From an uncultured Ardenticatenia bacterium (GTDB taxonomy: Bacteria > Chloroflexota > Anaerolineae > 4572-78 > NAK82), in NCBI GenBank assembly GCA_937127125.1, contig CAKZLO010000034.1, forward strand, positions 17,257-81,256: a DNA stretch of 64,000 bases. Reading direction: 5' to 3'. Below the pieces are notes generated by a model. That model had not been told where the DNA came from, searched no databases, and saw only the letters and a program-made list of their open reading frames with translations. Positions 18,335 to 28,880 of this stretch are shown here, in pieces; position 1 is the first letter of the stretch; each line of letters begins with the position of its first letter. Position numbers and translations under genes: made by a program.

Positions 18335-20347
18335 ATGAACGAAGAACGCATTGGGGTATACGTATGCCATTGTGGCAGTAATATTGCTGGCACAGTGGCT
18401 GTGGAGGAGGTAGCTCAATGGGCTGCCAAGTTGCCAAATGTGGTGGTGTCGCGTGATTACAAATTTATGTGCTCCAGCTTGGGCCAGGAGCTGGTAGAAA
18501 AGGACATCAAGGAGCTCGGTCTGACACGCGTCGTGGTGGCAGCATGCTCCCCCCATATGCATGAGCGTACGTTCCGCGCGACATGCGAACGTGCAGGGCT
18601 GAATCCCTTCTTGTTCGAGATGGCCAATATCCGTGAGCTCGACTCGTGGGCGACGGATGATCGCGCGGCTGCGACCCAGAAAGCGAAGGCGATGGTGAGC
18701 GCGGCGGTGCGGCGTGTTGTTTACCATCAGCCTCTCCAATTGCTGCCGGTTAAGATCAATCCCAACACATTGATCGTCGGGGGAGGGGTAGCCGGCATTA
18801 CTGCCGCTTTGGAGATCGCTAACGCTGGTTATCACGTGTATCTAGTTGAGCGCGAACCCTCGATCGGTGGACATATGGCCCAGCTGGACAAGACGTTCCC
18901 TACGCTGGATTGCTCGGCATGCATTCTAACGCCTAAGATGGTGGACGTGGCTCAGAACAAGAATATTACTCTGCTCAGCTGGAGCCAGGTTGAGGCTGTT
19001 GAAGGATATGTGGGCAATTTCACTGTCACAGTGCGCAAGAAGGCGCGCTACGTGAACGAGGAGAAGTGCACGGGCTGCGGCATCTGTATCGAGAAGTGCC
19101 CCAAGAAGGTGATAGATGAAGTCTTTGAGGCAGGCTTGGGTTACCGCAAGGCAATCTATCGCCCCTTCCCGCAGGCGGTGCCCAAGTATCCGGTGATCGA
19201 TACGTCCAATTGTATTTTCTTCCAACGCGGTAAGTGCAAGGCTTGCCAGATGTTCTGCCCCACCGATGCGATAGACTTCGAGCAGCAGGACCAGATCCTC
19301 AAGCTCGAAGTGGGCAACATCATCTTGGCGATCGGGTACGACACTTTTGACCCGCGGCGTATCCCACAATACGGGTATGGCCGGCTAGCCAATGTGTTCA
19401 CCAGTCTTGAGTTTGAACGTATGGTCAATGCAGCTGGCCCCACAGGCGGTCGCATTGTATTGCGGGATGGGGTAACAACGCCTAAGAGTGTGGCGATCAT
19501 CCACTGTGTGGGATCGCGCGATAAGAACTACAACGAGCACTGTTCGCGCATTTGTTGCATGTACTCGCTGAAGTTCTCCCATCTCTTGCACGAGCGGTTG
19601 CCTGATGCCCAGGTGTATGAGTTCTACATTGATATTCGCGCCACGGCTAAGCGCTATGAGGAATTCTACCATCGCGTCTTGGAGGAAGGAACTCGCTTCA
19701 TCCGTGGTCGCGTGGCGGAGGTGACCGACGCGGCGCGTATGCCCGGTGAGGAAGGCAAACTAATCGTGCAGTATGAAGACACATTAATCGGCAAGCAGCG
19801 TCGCCTACCAGTGGACATGGTGATTCTGAGCCTTGGCATGGAAGCGCGCCGTGACTCGCGTGAGGTGGCCCAAATCTTTGGTCTAGGATGCGAGTACAAT
19901 GGCTTCTTCATCGAACGGCATCCCAAGCTCGATCCAGTTAACACAATGACCGAAGGCATCCAAATCGCTGGAGCGTGTCAGGGACCAATGGCCATTCCTG
20001 AGGCAGTAGCACAGGGGGCTGCTGCAGCCGCTCGTGTGCTCTCGTTGATCAGCCAGGGCACTGTGATGATGGAGCCGGTGCGGGCACACATCGATGCCGA
20101 CAAATGTTCCGGTTGTCGTATCTGCAACAACCTGTGCCCTTACAATGCGATAGTTTTCCACGAGGATCGCAAGGTTTCGGAGGTGATCACGGCGCTCTGC
20201 CAGGGGTGTGGCGCTTGTGTGGCGGCCTGCCCAAGTGCTGCGATTACTGGTGCTCATTTCACAGACGAGCAGGTAATGGCACAGATCGAGGGTATGCTGT
20301 GGGATGTGCAACCACAGTTTGCTATGACCTCTATGGAGACAAGGTGA
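18335..20347 (+). CDS. hdrA: Heterodisulfide reductase subunit A-like (FAD + multiple FeS)
   Basis: 670 aa with the FAD fold IVGGGVAGITAALEIA, the HdrA-specific CVGSRD...HCSRICC, and several CxxCxxCxxxCP ferredoxin motifs. Confidence 0.9.
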   Translation: MNEERIGVYVCHCGSNIAGTVAVEEVAQWAAKLPNVVVSRDYKFMCSSLGQELVEKDIKELGLTRVVVAACSPHMHERTFRATCERAGLNPFLFEMANIRELDSWATDDRAAATQKAKAMVSAAVRRVVYHQPLQLLPVKINPNTLIVGGGVAGITAALEIANAGYHVYLVEREPSIGGHMAQLDKTFPTLDCSACILTPKMVDVAQNKNITLLSWSQVEAVEGYVGNFTVTVRKKARYVNEEKCTGCGICIEKCPKKVIDEVFEAGLGYRKAIYRPFPQAVPKYPVIDTSNCIFFQRGKCKACQMFCPTDAIDFEQQDQILKLEVGNIILAIGYDTFDPRRIPQYGYGRLANVFTSLEFERMVNAAGPTGGRIVLRDGVTTPKSVAIIHCVGSRDKNYNEHCSRICCMYSLKFSHLLHERLPDAQVYEFYIDIRATAKRYEEFYHRVLEEGTRFIRGRVAEVTDAARMPGEEGKLIVQYEDTLIGKQRRLPVDMVILSLGMEARRDSREVAQIFGLGCEYNGFFIERHPKLDPVNTMTEGIQIAGACQGPMAIPEAVAQGAAAAARVLSLISQGTVMMEPVRAHIDADKCSGCRICNNLCPYNAIVFHEDRKVSEVITALCQGCGACVAACPSAAITGAHFTDEQVMAQIEGMLWDVQPQFAMTSMETR

Positions 20348-20351
20348 AACA

Positions 20352-20828
20352 ATGAACGACTCGTATGAACCCGTTATCGTCGGTTTCCTGTGCAACTGGT
20401 GTTCTTACCGTGCTGCTGACCTGGCTGGCACATCCCGTCTCCATTACGCACCAAATATGCGGCCTATTCGTGTGATGTGCAGCGCTCGAGTGGAGCCGCA
20501 GTTTGTCTTGAAAGCTCTGCGCGAGGGCGCTGATGGTGTGTTGATCGCAGGTTGCCACCCCGGTGAATGTCACTATGTGGATGGCAACATCAAAGCGCTA
20601 AGACGCTATGAACTGCTCAAGCGGATGTTGCGTCAACTGGGTATAGAAGAGGAGCGTGTCCAGCTCGTCTGGGCAGCAGCTTCCGAAGGTAATGTGCTGG
20701 CCGATGCAGTGAATCGTATGACCGAACAGCTGCGCCGCCTAGGGCCCTTGCGCTGGCGTGAGACAGTCTTGGGTGGCGATGCTCAGCCCGAAGAACGCGC
20801 TGGTGAAATGATGGCCAAGGAGGTTTGA
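20352..20828 (+). CDS. mvhD: Methyl-viologen-reducing hydrogenase delta subunit (MvhD-like)
   Basis: 158 aa with FLCNWCSY and GCHPGECHY, the cysteine pattern characteristic of MvhD. Confidence 0.85.
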   Translation: MNDSYEPVIVGFLCNWCSYRAADLAGTSRLHYAPNMRPIRVMCSARVEPQFVLKALREGADGVLIAGCHPGECHYVDGNIKALRRYELLKRMLRQLGIEEERVQLVWAAASEGNVLADAVNRMTEQLRRLGPLRWRETVLGGDAQPEERAGEMMAKEV

Positions 20829-20832
20829 CGTT

Positions 20833-21852
20833 ATGATGGCCAAGAAAAAACCGAGATTTGCCATGTACTGGGCGGCTTCTTGCGGTGGCTGTGAGATCTC
20901 GACACTCAACATCGGGGACAAGATTCTGGCGGTGGATGAAGCGTTTGACATCGCCTTCTGGCCGTGTGTGGCTGATTTCAAGGTGAAAGATGTTGAGAGG
21001 TATCCGGATGGCTATATTGACTTGTGTCTTTTCAATGGAGCTATCCGCAATTCCGAAAACGAGGAAATGGCCCACCTGCTGCGCGAGAAGTCGAAGGTGC
21101 TAGTCGCGTTTGGTTCGTGCGCCAGCGAGGGGTGTATTCCCGGCTTATCTAACCTGACCACTGCGCAGGCGACCTTGCGCGCGGTGTATCTGGATAACCC
21201 TTCTACGGACAATCCTAAGAAGGTGCTGCCACAACCATTTACCAAGGTCCCAGAGGGCACAATCCGAATCCCAGAATTCTACGAGCGCGTGAAGTCGCTT
21301 GACCAGGTGGTGCCAGTGGATTACGTGATGCCGGGTTGTCCACCAGAGGCGAAACAAATTGCGGCGGTAATGGATGCTGTTATCACAGGTGTCGCACTGC
21401 CCCCGCCTGGCCGGACTGTCATTGGTGCAGGTAATGTGGCGGTTTGTGAGGAATGTCCCCGTCAGAAGAACGTCAAACAGATCAAACGCTTTTACCGTCT
21501 CCATGAAATCACCCCGGATCCCGAGATCTGTCTGCTCGAGCAGGGCATCGTGTGTATGGGGATTGCCACGCGTGCTGGTTGTGGGGCGCTGTGCCCAAGG
21601 GTGAATATGCGCTGTGAGGGGTGTTACGGGCCGCTGAACGGCATAGAGGACCAAGGGGCCAACATGGTTGCGGCAATTGCCTCAGTAATTGAGGAGGGAT
21701 CGGGTCCGCTGGCTGGCGTTGATGAAGCTGAGCTGCAGCGCCGCATTGGCGAGATAATGGAAACCTTAGTCGACCCAGCGGGTACCTTCTATCGCTTCAA
21801 CATGGCTCACTCGCTGCTGATGCGTGCCCGTTTCAAAGGGGATGTTGTCTAG
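20833..21852 (+). CDS. mvhG: [NiFe]-hydrogenase small subunit (MvhG-like)
   Basis: 339 aa with the N-terminal proximal-cluster motif YWAASCGGCEIS, then GSCASEGCIPG, and C-terminal cysteine clusters. Confidence 0.8.
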   Translation: MMAKKKPRFAMYWAASCGGCEISTLNIGDKILAVDEAFDIAFWPCVADFKVKDVERYPDGYIDLCLFNGAIRNSENEEMAHLLREKSKVLVAFGSCASEGCIPGLSNLTTAQATLRAVYLDNPSTDNPKKVLPQPFTKVPEGTIRIPEFYERVKSLDQVVPVDYVMPGCPPEAKQIAAVMDAVITGVALPPPGRTVIGAGNVAVCEECPRQKNVKQIKRFYRLHEITPDPEICLLEQGIVCMGIATRAGCGALCPRVNMRCEGCYGPLNGIEDQGANMVAAIASVIEEGSGPLAGVDEAELQRRIGEIMETLVDPAGTFYRFNMAHSLLMRARFKGDVV

Positions 21853-21867
21853 AAAGGAGCAGCTTAG

Positions 21868-23349
21868 ATGAAGCAGATTATGATAGATCCAATCACGCGC
21901 TTGGAAGGCCACGGGAGGATTGACATCTTCCTGGATGACAAGGGTGAAGTAGCAAATACTTACTTTGTCATTCCTGAGCTGCGTGGTTTTGAACAGTTCT
22001 GCGTGGGACGACCGGTGGAGGAAATGCCCCGTATTACTAACCGCATTTGTGGCGTCTGTCCTGAAGCACACCACATGGCGGCCACTAAAGCATTAGATGC
22101 ACTCTACCATGTGGAACCCACGCCGGCGGCCAAGAAGATACGTGAAATGTTCTATTCGGCCTTCTATGTGGCGGATCATACCACGCATTTCTACGCGTTG
22201 GGTGGTCCTGATTTTGTGGTAGGCCCGGACGCTCCGCCAGCGGAACGAAATATCCTCGGTGTGGTGCACAAGGTGGGGTTGGAGATCGGCAAGCAGGTGA
22301 TTGATGCACGTGTCCGCAACCATCATGTCATTCAAATGGTGGGAGGACGAGGTGTCCATCCGGTGGCTGGTCTGCCTGGAGGCTGGAGTAAGTCTATAAC
22401 GAAGGAGGAACGGGACGAGATTGAGCAGATCGCCCGCCAGAACGTCGACTTTGGTCTGTTCAGCTTGAAGGTGTTCGAAGACATCGTGCTCAGCAACCAA
22501 GAATATGTAGACCTCATAACCTCTGATGTCTATACACATCGCACCTATTACATGGGTACAGTGGACGCCAGCAATCGCGTCAACTTCTACGATGGCATGG
22601 TGCGTGTGGTGGACCCAGACGGGAATGAATTCGTCAAGTATCATCCCAAGGACTACTTACAGCACATCGCGGAACACGTTGAGCCATGGACCTACCTTAA
22701 GTTTCCCTTCCTTAAGGCAGTTGGTTGGAAGGGATTCGTGGATGGGGTGGATAGTGGTGTCTATGTCGCTACACCCCTGTCACGATTGAATGCCGCGGAC
22801 GGCATGGCGACGCCGCGGGCGCAAGAAGCGTTTGAAAAGATGTACGAGACGCTGGGCAGCAAGAAGGTGAATGGGCGTTATGAGCCAGTGCACTTCCGAC
22901 TGGCGACCCATTGGGCACGGTTAATTGAGCTTTTGTATGCCGCCGAACGCATGTTGGAACTAATCGGTGATCCAGAGATCACTGACCCGAACACACGAGC
23001 ACCCATAACAGCCACTCCGGATGAAGGTGTAGGCTGTGTTGAAGCTCCCCGCGGCACACTAACACATCACTATTGGACAGACGAGCGAGGGATTCTGACG
23101 AAGGTGAACCTGATCGTGGGTACCACCAACAATTATGCACCCATCGCGATGTCTGTCAGGAAGGCGGCGCAATCTCTGATTAAGAAGGGCACTGTGATCA
23201 CGGATGGGCTGCTCAATCGTATCGAGATGGCTTTCCGGGCGTACGATCCTTGCTTGGGCTGTGCCACGCATTCGCTGCCGGGCCAAATGCCCTTGGAGGT
23301 GACCATTTACGCGCCGGATGGCAGCGTGATCGAGCATCTGAAGCGGTGA
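21868..23349 (+). CDS. mvhA: [NiFe]-hydrogenase large subunit (MvhA-like, probable group 3c)
   Basis: 493 aa with the L1 motif RICGVCPEAHH and L2 motif DPCLGCATH (23245-23271), followed by a 25-aa C-terminal tail of the kind removed by a maturation protease. Confidence 0.9.
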   Translation: MKQIMIDPITRLEGHGRIDIFLDDKGEVANTYFVIPELRGFEQFCVGRPVEEMPRITNRICGVCPEAHHMAATKALDALYHVEPTPAAKKIREMFYSAFYVADHTTHFYALGGPDFVVGPDAPPAERNILGVVHKVGLEIGKQVIDARVRNHHVIQMVGGRGVHPVAGLPGGWSKSITKEERDEIEQIARQNVDFGLFSLKVFEDIVLSNQEYVDLITSDVYTHRTYYMGTVDASNRVNFYDGMVRVVDPDGNEFVKYHPKDYLQHIAEHVEPWTYLKFPFLKAVGWKGFVDGVDSGVYVATPLSRLNAADGMATPRAQEAFEKMYETLGSKKVNGRYEPVHFRLATHWARLIELLYAAERMLELIGDPEITDPNTRAPITATPDEGVGCVEAPRGTLTHHYWTDERGILTKVNLIVGTTNNYAPIAMSVRKAAQSLIKKGTVITDGLLNRIEMAFRAYDPCLGCATHSLPGQMPLEVTIYAPDGSVIEHLKR

Positions 23350-23852
23350 GAAACAAGACTCTGGTATTAGGGTTGGGCAATCCCATCCTGAGCGATGATG
23401 GCGTGGGGGTGCGGGTGGCGGAGGCAGTACGAACGTCTCTGCCACCCAACGTGCCTGTTGACGTATGCGAGCTCAGTGTGGGCGGGCTGCGACTTATGGA
23501 ACAGATGCTCGGGTATGAGCGTGTCATTCTGATCGATGCGATGCAACCCGGCCACGGAGAGCCTGGCACCTTTCAACGTCTCTCCTACGACCAACTGGTA
23601 TCCCTTTGTCCAACCCAACATATGACGTGTGTGCATGATGCCAGTTTAGTGACCGCCTTGGAGACCGCACGGCGTATGGGACTTCCGGTGCCCCGTGAGA
23701 TTGTCATCTATGCAATTGCCGTGCAAGACGTCTGTAGTTTCAGCGAAGAGCTGACGCCTGCCGTAGCGCGCACACTACCAGCCGTGCTGACCGCTGTATT
23801 GGAAGAGCTTGATATTCCTGTCCGAGAGGAGGAATCCCATGGTCTCAACTGA
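23346..23852 (+). CDS. Hydrogenase maturation endopeptidase (HycI/HoxW/FrhD family)
   Basis: The GTG at 23346 overlaps the mvhA stop (GTGA). The N-terminus is RNKTLVLGLGNPILSDDGVGVRVAE, followed by ILIDA, typical of this protease family. Confidence 0.8.
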   Translation: MRNKTLVLGLGNPILSDDGVGVRVAEAVRTSLPPNVPVDVCELSVGGLRLMEQMLGYERVILIDAMQPGHGEPGTFQRLSYDQLVSLCPTQHMTCVHDASLVTALETARRMGLPVPREIVIYAIAVQDVCSFSEELTPAVARTLPAVLTAVLEELDIPVREEESHGLN

Positions 23853-24291
23853 GCTATTGCGTCGTTATCCATTCTTTAGCGGTTTGGACGAGGAACGTTT
23901 GGTTTTCTTGGCTAAGGTGGCACAGCAAGACTCGGTGGCAGCAGGCGAGTATTTCTTTCGCGACGGTGACACACTTGACAGTCTCTATATTCTTATGGAT
24001 GGAGAAGTGGCGATTACTGCAACCCTACCCAAAGGACGCGAGATCGTGCTCAGCACGGTCAGTCCTGGGGAGGTATTTGCTTGGTCCGCATTAGTGCCAC
24101 CCTACCAAGCCACCTCCGCCGCCAAGGCGGTCACACCGTGTCAGGTGCTTGCACTGAATTGTGTTCCGTTGCGTGCGCGGTGCGAGGAGGATCATACACT
24201 AGGATATGCGATCATGGCGCAACTGGCACAGGTTATGCGTGATCGCATACGAAGTATGCGCATGGAGACGATCGCCTGTCTAGCGGAGTAG
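23839..24291 (+). CDS. Stand-alone cyclic-nucleotide-binding-like domain protein (no output domain)
   Basis: 150 aa with FFSGLDEERL...GEYFFRDGD...LYILMDGEV...GEVFAWSALV, a CNB beta-barrel pattern. There is no HTH. The start overlaps the protease gene by 14 nt. Confidence 0.7.
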   Translation: MVSTELLRRYPFFSGLDEERLVFLAKVAQQDSVAAGEYFFRDGDTLDSLYILMDGEVAITATLPKGREIVLSTVSPGEVFAWSALVPPYQATSAAKAVTPCQVLALNCVPLRARCEEDHTLGYAIMAQLAQVMRDRIRSMRMETIACLAE

Positions 24292-24313
24292 GTGAACGGC
24301 CCGCCTATTAAGC

Positions 24314-27280
24314 TCATCTGACCAAGGCACCTACCCTGTCGCTAGGTTGCTGGGCACTGGGCATCCCCGTTGTAATAGGTCTCTTGCCTTGCTCCAGCAC
24401 GTGTCGTAGCCACTGGCCAGTGTAGCTTTCTGGCACTTTGGCTACATCTTCTGGTGTTCCAGCGGCTACGACGTAACCACCACGGTCCCCGCCCTCTGGA
24501 CCAAGGTCAATGATCCAGTCGGCGCATTTGATTACATCCAGGTTGTGTTCAATAACGATGACAGTATTCCCGCTGCTCACCAGGCGCATCAGCACGGCGA
24601 GCAACTTCTCAATGTCAGCAAAATGCAGCCCCGTGGTGGGCTCGTCGAGGATGTAAAGTGTGCGCCCAGTAGAGCGACGGCTCAGCTCGCGGCTCAGCTT
24701 AACACGTTGTGCTTCACCACCGGAAAGAGTTGTCGCTGGTTGGCCCAGGCGAATATAGCCCAGGCCGACATCATACAGCGTCTGCAACTTGTTGCGAATG
24801 ACCGGGATATTGGCAAAAAAGTCGAGCGCCTCTTCGACTGTCATATCGAGCACTTCGGCGATGTTCTTTCCTTTGTACCGAATCTGGAGAGTCTCGCGGT
24901 TGTAGCGTAGACCACGGCACACTTCACAAGGAACATATACATCGGGCAGGAACTGCATCTCGATGCGGATGATACCGTCACCCTGACATGCCTCACAACG
25001 TCCGCCGCGCACGTTGAAGCTGAAACGGCCTGGCCCATAACCACGCATCTTGGCCTCAGGCAAGGAAGCGAAGAGATCTCGAATCGGTGTAAAGACGCCG
25101 GTGTAGGTGGCTGGATTGCTGCGGGGCGTGCGACCGATGGGCGACTGGTTGATATCAATGACCTTATCAATTGCATCCAGCCCCTCGATGCTGTCGTGAG
25201 CTCCTGGTCGTTCCTTAGCCTGGTAGAAATGTTGTGCGAGTCGCTTGTAGAGCACTTCGATTACCAAGGTGCTCTTGCCGCTACCGCTTACGCCAGTAAT
25301 GCAGATGAACTTGCCAAGAGGAAATGCGACATCGATGTTCTTTAAGTTGTTTTCACGCGCACCGCGCACAATCAGGTACCGACCATTACCCGGCTGACGC
25401 CTAGTAGGCACAGGTATAGACCGTTCGCCGCGTAAGTATTGCGCTGTTAACGACTCACGACATTGCAGGAATTCTGGCAACGGTGCTGAGCACACTACAT
25501 AGCCACCATGCTCGCCCGCGCCAGGCCCCATATCGAGCACCCAATCTGCATTACGAATAGTTTCTTCGTCATGCTCGACTACCAGCACGGTATTGCCCAA
25601 GTCGCGCAGCTGTTTCAGAGTAGCCAGCAATCGTGCGTTGTCGCGTTGATGAAGGCCGATGGACGGCTCGTCCAGTATATAGAGACAGCCCATCAGTTGG
25701 GAACCAATCTGCGTGGCCAAGCGGATGCGCTGTGCCTCGCCCCCGGAAAGCGTGCCTGTGGCGCGATCCAAGGTCAAATAATCAAGCCCCACGCTCACCA
25801 TAAAATTGAGTCGGTTGTAGATTTCCTTAAGTACCTGGTGAGCGATAGCTTGCTGGCGTTCAGAGAGTGGCGAAGGACGTCCCTCGCCGCGCAACCAGCG
25901 AACCCATTCCAGTGCTTCGGCGACTGACATCGCAGTCACTTTGTCGATCGAGAGGCCAGTGATAGTTACAGCCAGTGCTTCTGGGCGCAACCTCTTTCCG
26001 TTGCACACGGGGCAAGGGCGCGCTGACATATAGCTCTCAATCTCACTGCGCACATATTCGCTAGTGCTCTCTTTATAGCGACGTTGCAGGTTTGGGATAA
26101 CGCCCTCGAAGCTTGTCTCATAGATGCGTTCCATTCCATTTTGGTTGTGCCAACGCAGTCGGATGCGCTCTCCAGGCTTGCCTCCGTAGAGGATGATGTC
26201 GCGCTGCCGGGGCGAGAGATCCTTAACCGGCACATCCATAGGAATGCCATAATGCTTAGCGACGGCGCGTAGCAGTTGCTGATAGTAGCCGTCATAAACT
26301 GCGCCATGTTCGCGGCGTGCCCATGGCAGCACAGCACCCTGTTCGAGCGACAGCTGTGGGTTCGCGAAGACGAGATCTGGGTCAATCTCCATCTTCACTC
26401 CCAGGCCGCTGCATGCCGGGCATGCACCGTGAGGACTATTAAAGCTAAAAGTGCGCGGCTCAATCTCTGGCAGATTAATACCACAGTAGACGCATGCGAA
26501 GCGCTCGCTGAATAGCTGGTCGACAGGGTGTTCTGGATCGGTCACGTCGGTGACGATGAGTACCCCATTGCCCAGCTTGAGTGCAGTTTCCACCGAATCG
26601 GTCAAACGAGCCACGTCGGTTGCTTCACCCTCATCCCCTCCATGGCGTACAATGATCCGATCCACGATCGCTTCAATGGTATGCGCTTTATAGCGCTCCA
26701 GTTCGATCTCCTCGTCGACGTCGCGTACCTGGCCATCCACACGCACGCGCACATATCCACGTTTGCGGATGTCCTCGAACACAGCTTTGTGTTCACCTTT
26801 GCGATCTTTAATCAGCGGTGCGAGGATCATCAGGCGAGTGCCAGACGGTTTGGCCAGTAGAGCATCGACGATTTGTTGAGCGGATTGTTGATTTACCTCG
26901 CGGCCGCATTGAGGACAGTGTGGCTGGCCAATTCGCGCGTAGAGCAAACGCAAATAATCATATACCTCAGTAGTAGTGCCCACAGTCGAACGTGGATTCT
27001 GGCTGGCTCCACGCTGATCAATCGAAATAGCTGGGCTGAGTCCTTCAATCTGATCGACGTCGGGTTTGTCCATCTGGCCGAGGAATTGACGCGCGTATGA
27101 AGAGAGAGATTCTACATAACGACGTTGTCCTTCGGCGTAGATGGTGTCAAACGCCAAGCTCGACTTTCCACTGCCCGATAGGCCGGTGATCACGATCAGT
27201 CGATCGCGTGGGAGTTCGACTGTAATGTTTTTCAAGTTGTGAGCACGCGCTCCGCGCACGATCAACTTCTTTTCTTCCAT
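24314..27280 (-). CDS. uvrA: Excinuclease ABC subunit A
   Basis: ~988 aa with two ABC ATPase modules ([31 protein letters not shown] twice) and zinc-finger cysteines. The start is taken at ATG 27280 ([16 protein letters not shown]). Confidence 0.95.
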   Translation of the reverse strand: MEEKKLIVRGARAHNLKNITVELPRDRLIVITGLSGSGKSSLAFDTIYAEGQRRYVESLSSYARQFLGQMDKPDVDQIEGLSPAISIDQRGASQNPRSTVGTTTEVYDYLRLLYARIGQPHCPQCGREVNQQSAQQIVDALLAKPSGTRLMILAPLIKDRKGEHKAVFEDIRKRGYVRVRVDGQVRDVDEEIELERYKAHTIEAIVDRIIVRHGGDEGEATDVARLTDSVETALKLGNGVLIVTDVTDPEHPVDQLFSERFACVYCGINLPEIEPRTFSFNSPHGACPACSGLGVKMEIDPDLVFANPQLSLEQGAVLPWARREHGAVYDGYYQQLLRAVAKHYGIPMDVPVKDLSPRQRDIILYGGKPGERIRLRWHNQNGMERIYETSFEGVIPNLQRRYKESTSEYVRSEIESYMSARPCPVCNGKRLRPEALAVTITGLSIDKVTAMSVAEALEWVRWLRGEGRPSPLSERQQAIAHQVLKEIYNRLNFMVSVGLDYLTLDRATGTLSGGEAQRIRLATQIGSQLMGCLYILDEPSIGLHQRDNARLLATLKQLRDLGNTVLVVEHDEETIRNADWVLDMGPGAGEHGGYVVCSAPLPEFLQCRESLTAQYLRGERSIPVPTRRQPGNGRYLIVRGARENNLKNIDVAFPLGKFICITGVSGSGKSTLVIEVLYKRLAQHFYQAKERPGAHDSIEGLDAIDKVIDINQSPIGRTPRSNPATYTGVFTPIRDLFASLPEAKMRGYGPGRFSFNVRGGRCEACQGDGIIRIEMQFLPDVYVPCEVCRGLRYNRETLQIRYKGKNIAEVLDMTVEEALDFFANIPVIRNKLQTLYDVGLGYIRLGQPATTLSGGEAQRVKLSRELSRRSTGRTLYILDEPTTGLHFADIEKLLAVLMRLVSSGNTVIVIEHNLDVIKCADWIIDLGPEGGDRGGYVVAAGTPEDVAKVPESYTGQWLRHVLEQGKRPITTGMPSAQQPSDRVGALVR

Positions 27281-27670
27281 AGTTCTATCCACCAATTTCA
27301 CCCTACCCAGCTTTTATCATATACGCGATACATTGTTTGCCTAATTGCAGATAACATAATGGAGTTCTGAGCGTAAGTTTGACTTTTTATAGTAGCACGG
27401 AGAAGCAAATAAATGCAAAAAGAAACTTGTTACGCCCAGAGCCATTTCTCAGGCCAGGAAGCATCTGGGGTCTGGATTGCGACGCCGGGACATACAGGAT
27501 AGAATAGGGGCGAGAGACCAAGATGTGGTTTTGTCATGGTCCAAGCGACTTTTTGCCAACACAAGAGCACTTCCAGTTAATTACTCTTATATACTTATAG
27601 CTCCTGTCACGAGCGTTGTGTTGAAGATGTGGTAGACAGAAGGTTAATCTCTTTCTCCTAGAGGGTTGTT

Positions 27671-28846
27671 GTGATGTTGCGCATTGACGCTCACGTGCAC
27701 TATATGCCTCCGCTGACTCCAGACGAACTCGATGTATTCTGCCGTGAGGAACCCTATTGGGGACTGTTGTTTCGGCCACCCACGGGCGCTCGTTCTCTCC
27801 AAGGCTGGGCGTCTGCTGAGCGTATGCTTCAGGATATGGATGCTGCAGGTGTAGATTACGTAGTAATTCAGGGCCAGTACAGGCGCACTCATGAAGCATG
27901 TGTCGAACAAAACAACCAGTTATTAGATCTCGTGCGTCGTTGGCCGCAGCGGGTGATCGCTTTTGCGGTTGTCCAACCCGCTGCGGGCACCAAGGCACTC
28001 GATGAGCTGAAAAGGTGCCTCGACAATGGTATGCGCGGCGTGGGTGAGCTGAATCCATACGCACAAGGGTTCGCGCTTAACCACCCTGATTTTCTACACC
28101 TAGTGGAGGCCTGCATCCTGAACGATGTGCCTATGAACCTGCATGTGAGTGAAGAAGTAGGTCGCTACTATCTGGGAAAGAGCACTACGCCGCTGCGGCA
28201 CTATTACTGGTTGGCATGTCAGTATCCGGAGCTGATACTGATTCTGGCGCACTGGGGAGGTGGCCTGTTCATCTATGAACTGATGCCCAGTGTGCGCAAG
28301 ACATTGCGTAACGTCTGGTATGACACTGCTGCCTCACCACTGCTGTATCCCACCAATGAGATTTTTGATGTGGCGCTACGTTGCGTCGACTATCGCAAGG
28401 TGCTCTTTGGATCGGATTATCCGTTGATCCTCTTTCCGGGTCAGCAGAGTGGACCTGACTTGCACTCTTTTCGTGGACAGGTAGCGCGGTTGTCATTACC
28501 GTCCGAAGTTCGAGAGGCTTTGTTAGGGGGTAACGCTGCCCGCGTGTTAAAGTTAGACACTGGGCTGTCCGAGAAGCCCATCCCCACGCGTGAACAGAGT
28601 GTAGCGAGGGAGAGACAGCTGTCAACTGGTGAATCTTTAGAGGCACCAATAAATGGCTTTATGGCGGTAACAATGGTGGCAGAGCATTGGCCGCAGACAC
28701 GTGCTGTATTTGAGCGATATGGCATCCCTTGGCAGGATAGCCCAGTGCCATTCTGGGAGCCGATTGTGCAGGCAGCTGCAGCACACGGCTACGGTCCGAT
28801 TGAGCAGCAGCGGCTGCTGGAGGAGCTGAATTCTGTCATTGCATAA
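27671..28846 (+). CDS. Amidohydrolase_2-family metal hydrolase with C-terminal DUF1858-like domain
   Basis: 391 aa with the N-terminus RIDAHVHYMPP and, later, GSDYPL. The last ~70 aa (VAEHWPQTRAVFERYGIPW...AAAAHGYGP...LLEELN) resemble DUF1858 but lack its cysteines. Confidence 0.65.
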   Translation: MMLRIDAHVHYMPPLTPDELDVFCREEPYWGLLFRPPTGARSLQGWASAERMLQDMDAAGVDYVVIQGQYRRTHEACVEQNNQLLDLVRRWPQRVIAFAVVQPAAGTKALDELKRCLDNGMRGVGELNPYAQGFALNHPDFLHLVEACILNDVPMNLHVSEEVGRYYLGKSTTPLRHYYWLACQYPELILILAHWGGGLFIYELMPSVRKTLRNVWYDTAASPLLYPTNEIFDVALRCVDYRKVLFGSDYPLILFPGQQSGPDLHSFRGQVARLSLPSEVREALLGGNAARVLKLDTGLSEKPIPTREQSVARERQLSTGESLEAPINGFMAVTMVAEHWPQTRAVFERYGIPWQDSPVPFWEPIVQAAAAHGYGPIEQQRLLEELNSVIA

Positions 28847-28880
28847 GTCCCTCCCCTATATAAAGGACACTTTTATTACC

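Noticed and set aside
18335-20828. Possible selenocysteine (in-frame TGA) in hdrA or mvhD, as seen in some methanogens.
   Set aside because: Both ORFs are uninterrupted and have Cys at the expected motif positions. I noted no SECIS-like hairpin.
16369-24313. The idea that the hdr-mvh cluster is a tRNA-Pro-associated genomic island.
   Set aside because: There is no integrase. I could find no direct repeat of the tRNA 3' end near 24292-24313, and no obvious compositional change by eye.
27422-27433. GAAACTTGTTAC, an imperfect palindrome upstream of uvrA, considered as a possible LexA (Cheo-type GAAC-N4-GTTC) box.
   Set aside because: It matches only about 5 of 8 core positions of GAAC/GTTC and is an imperfect palindrome. 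It lies in a generally AT-rich divergent promoter region where such matches arise by chance.
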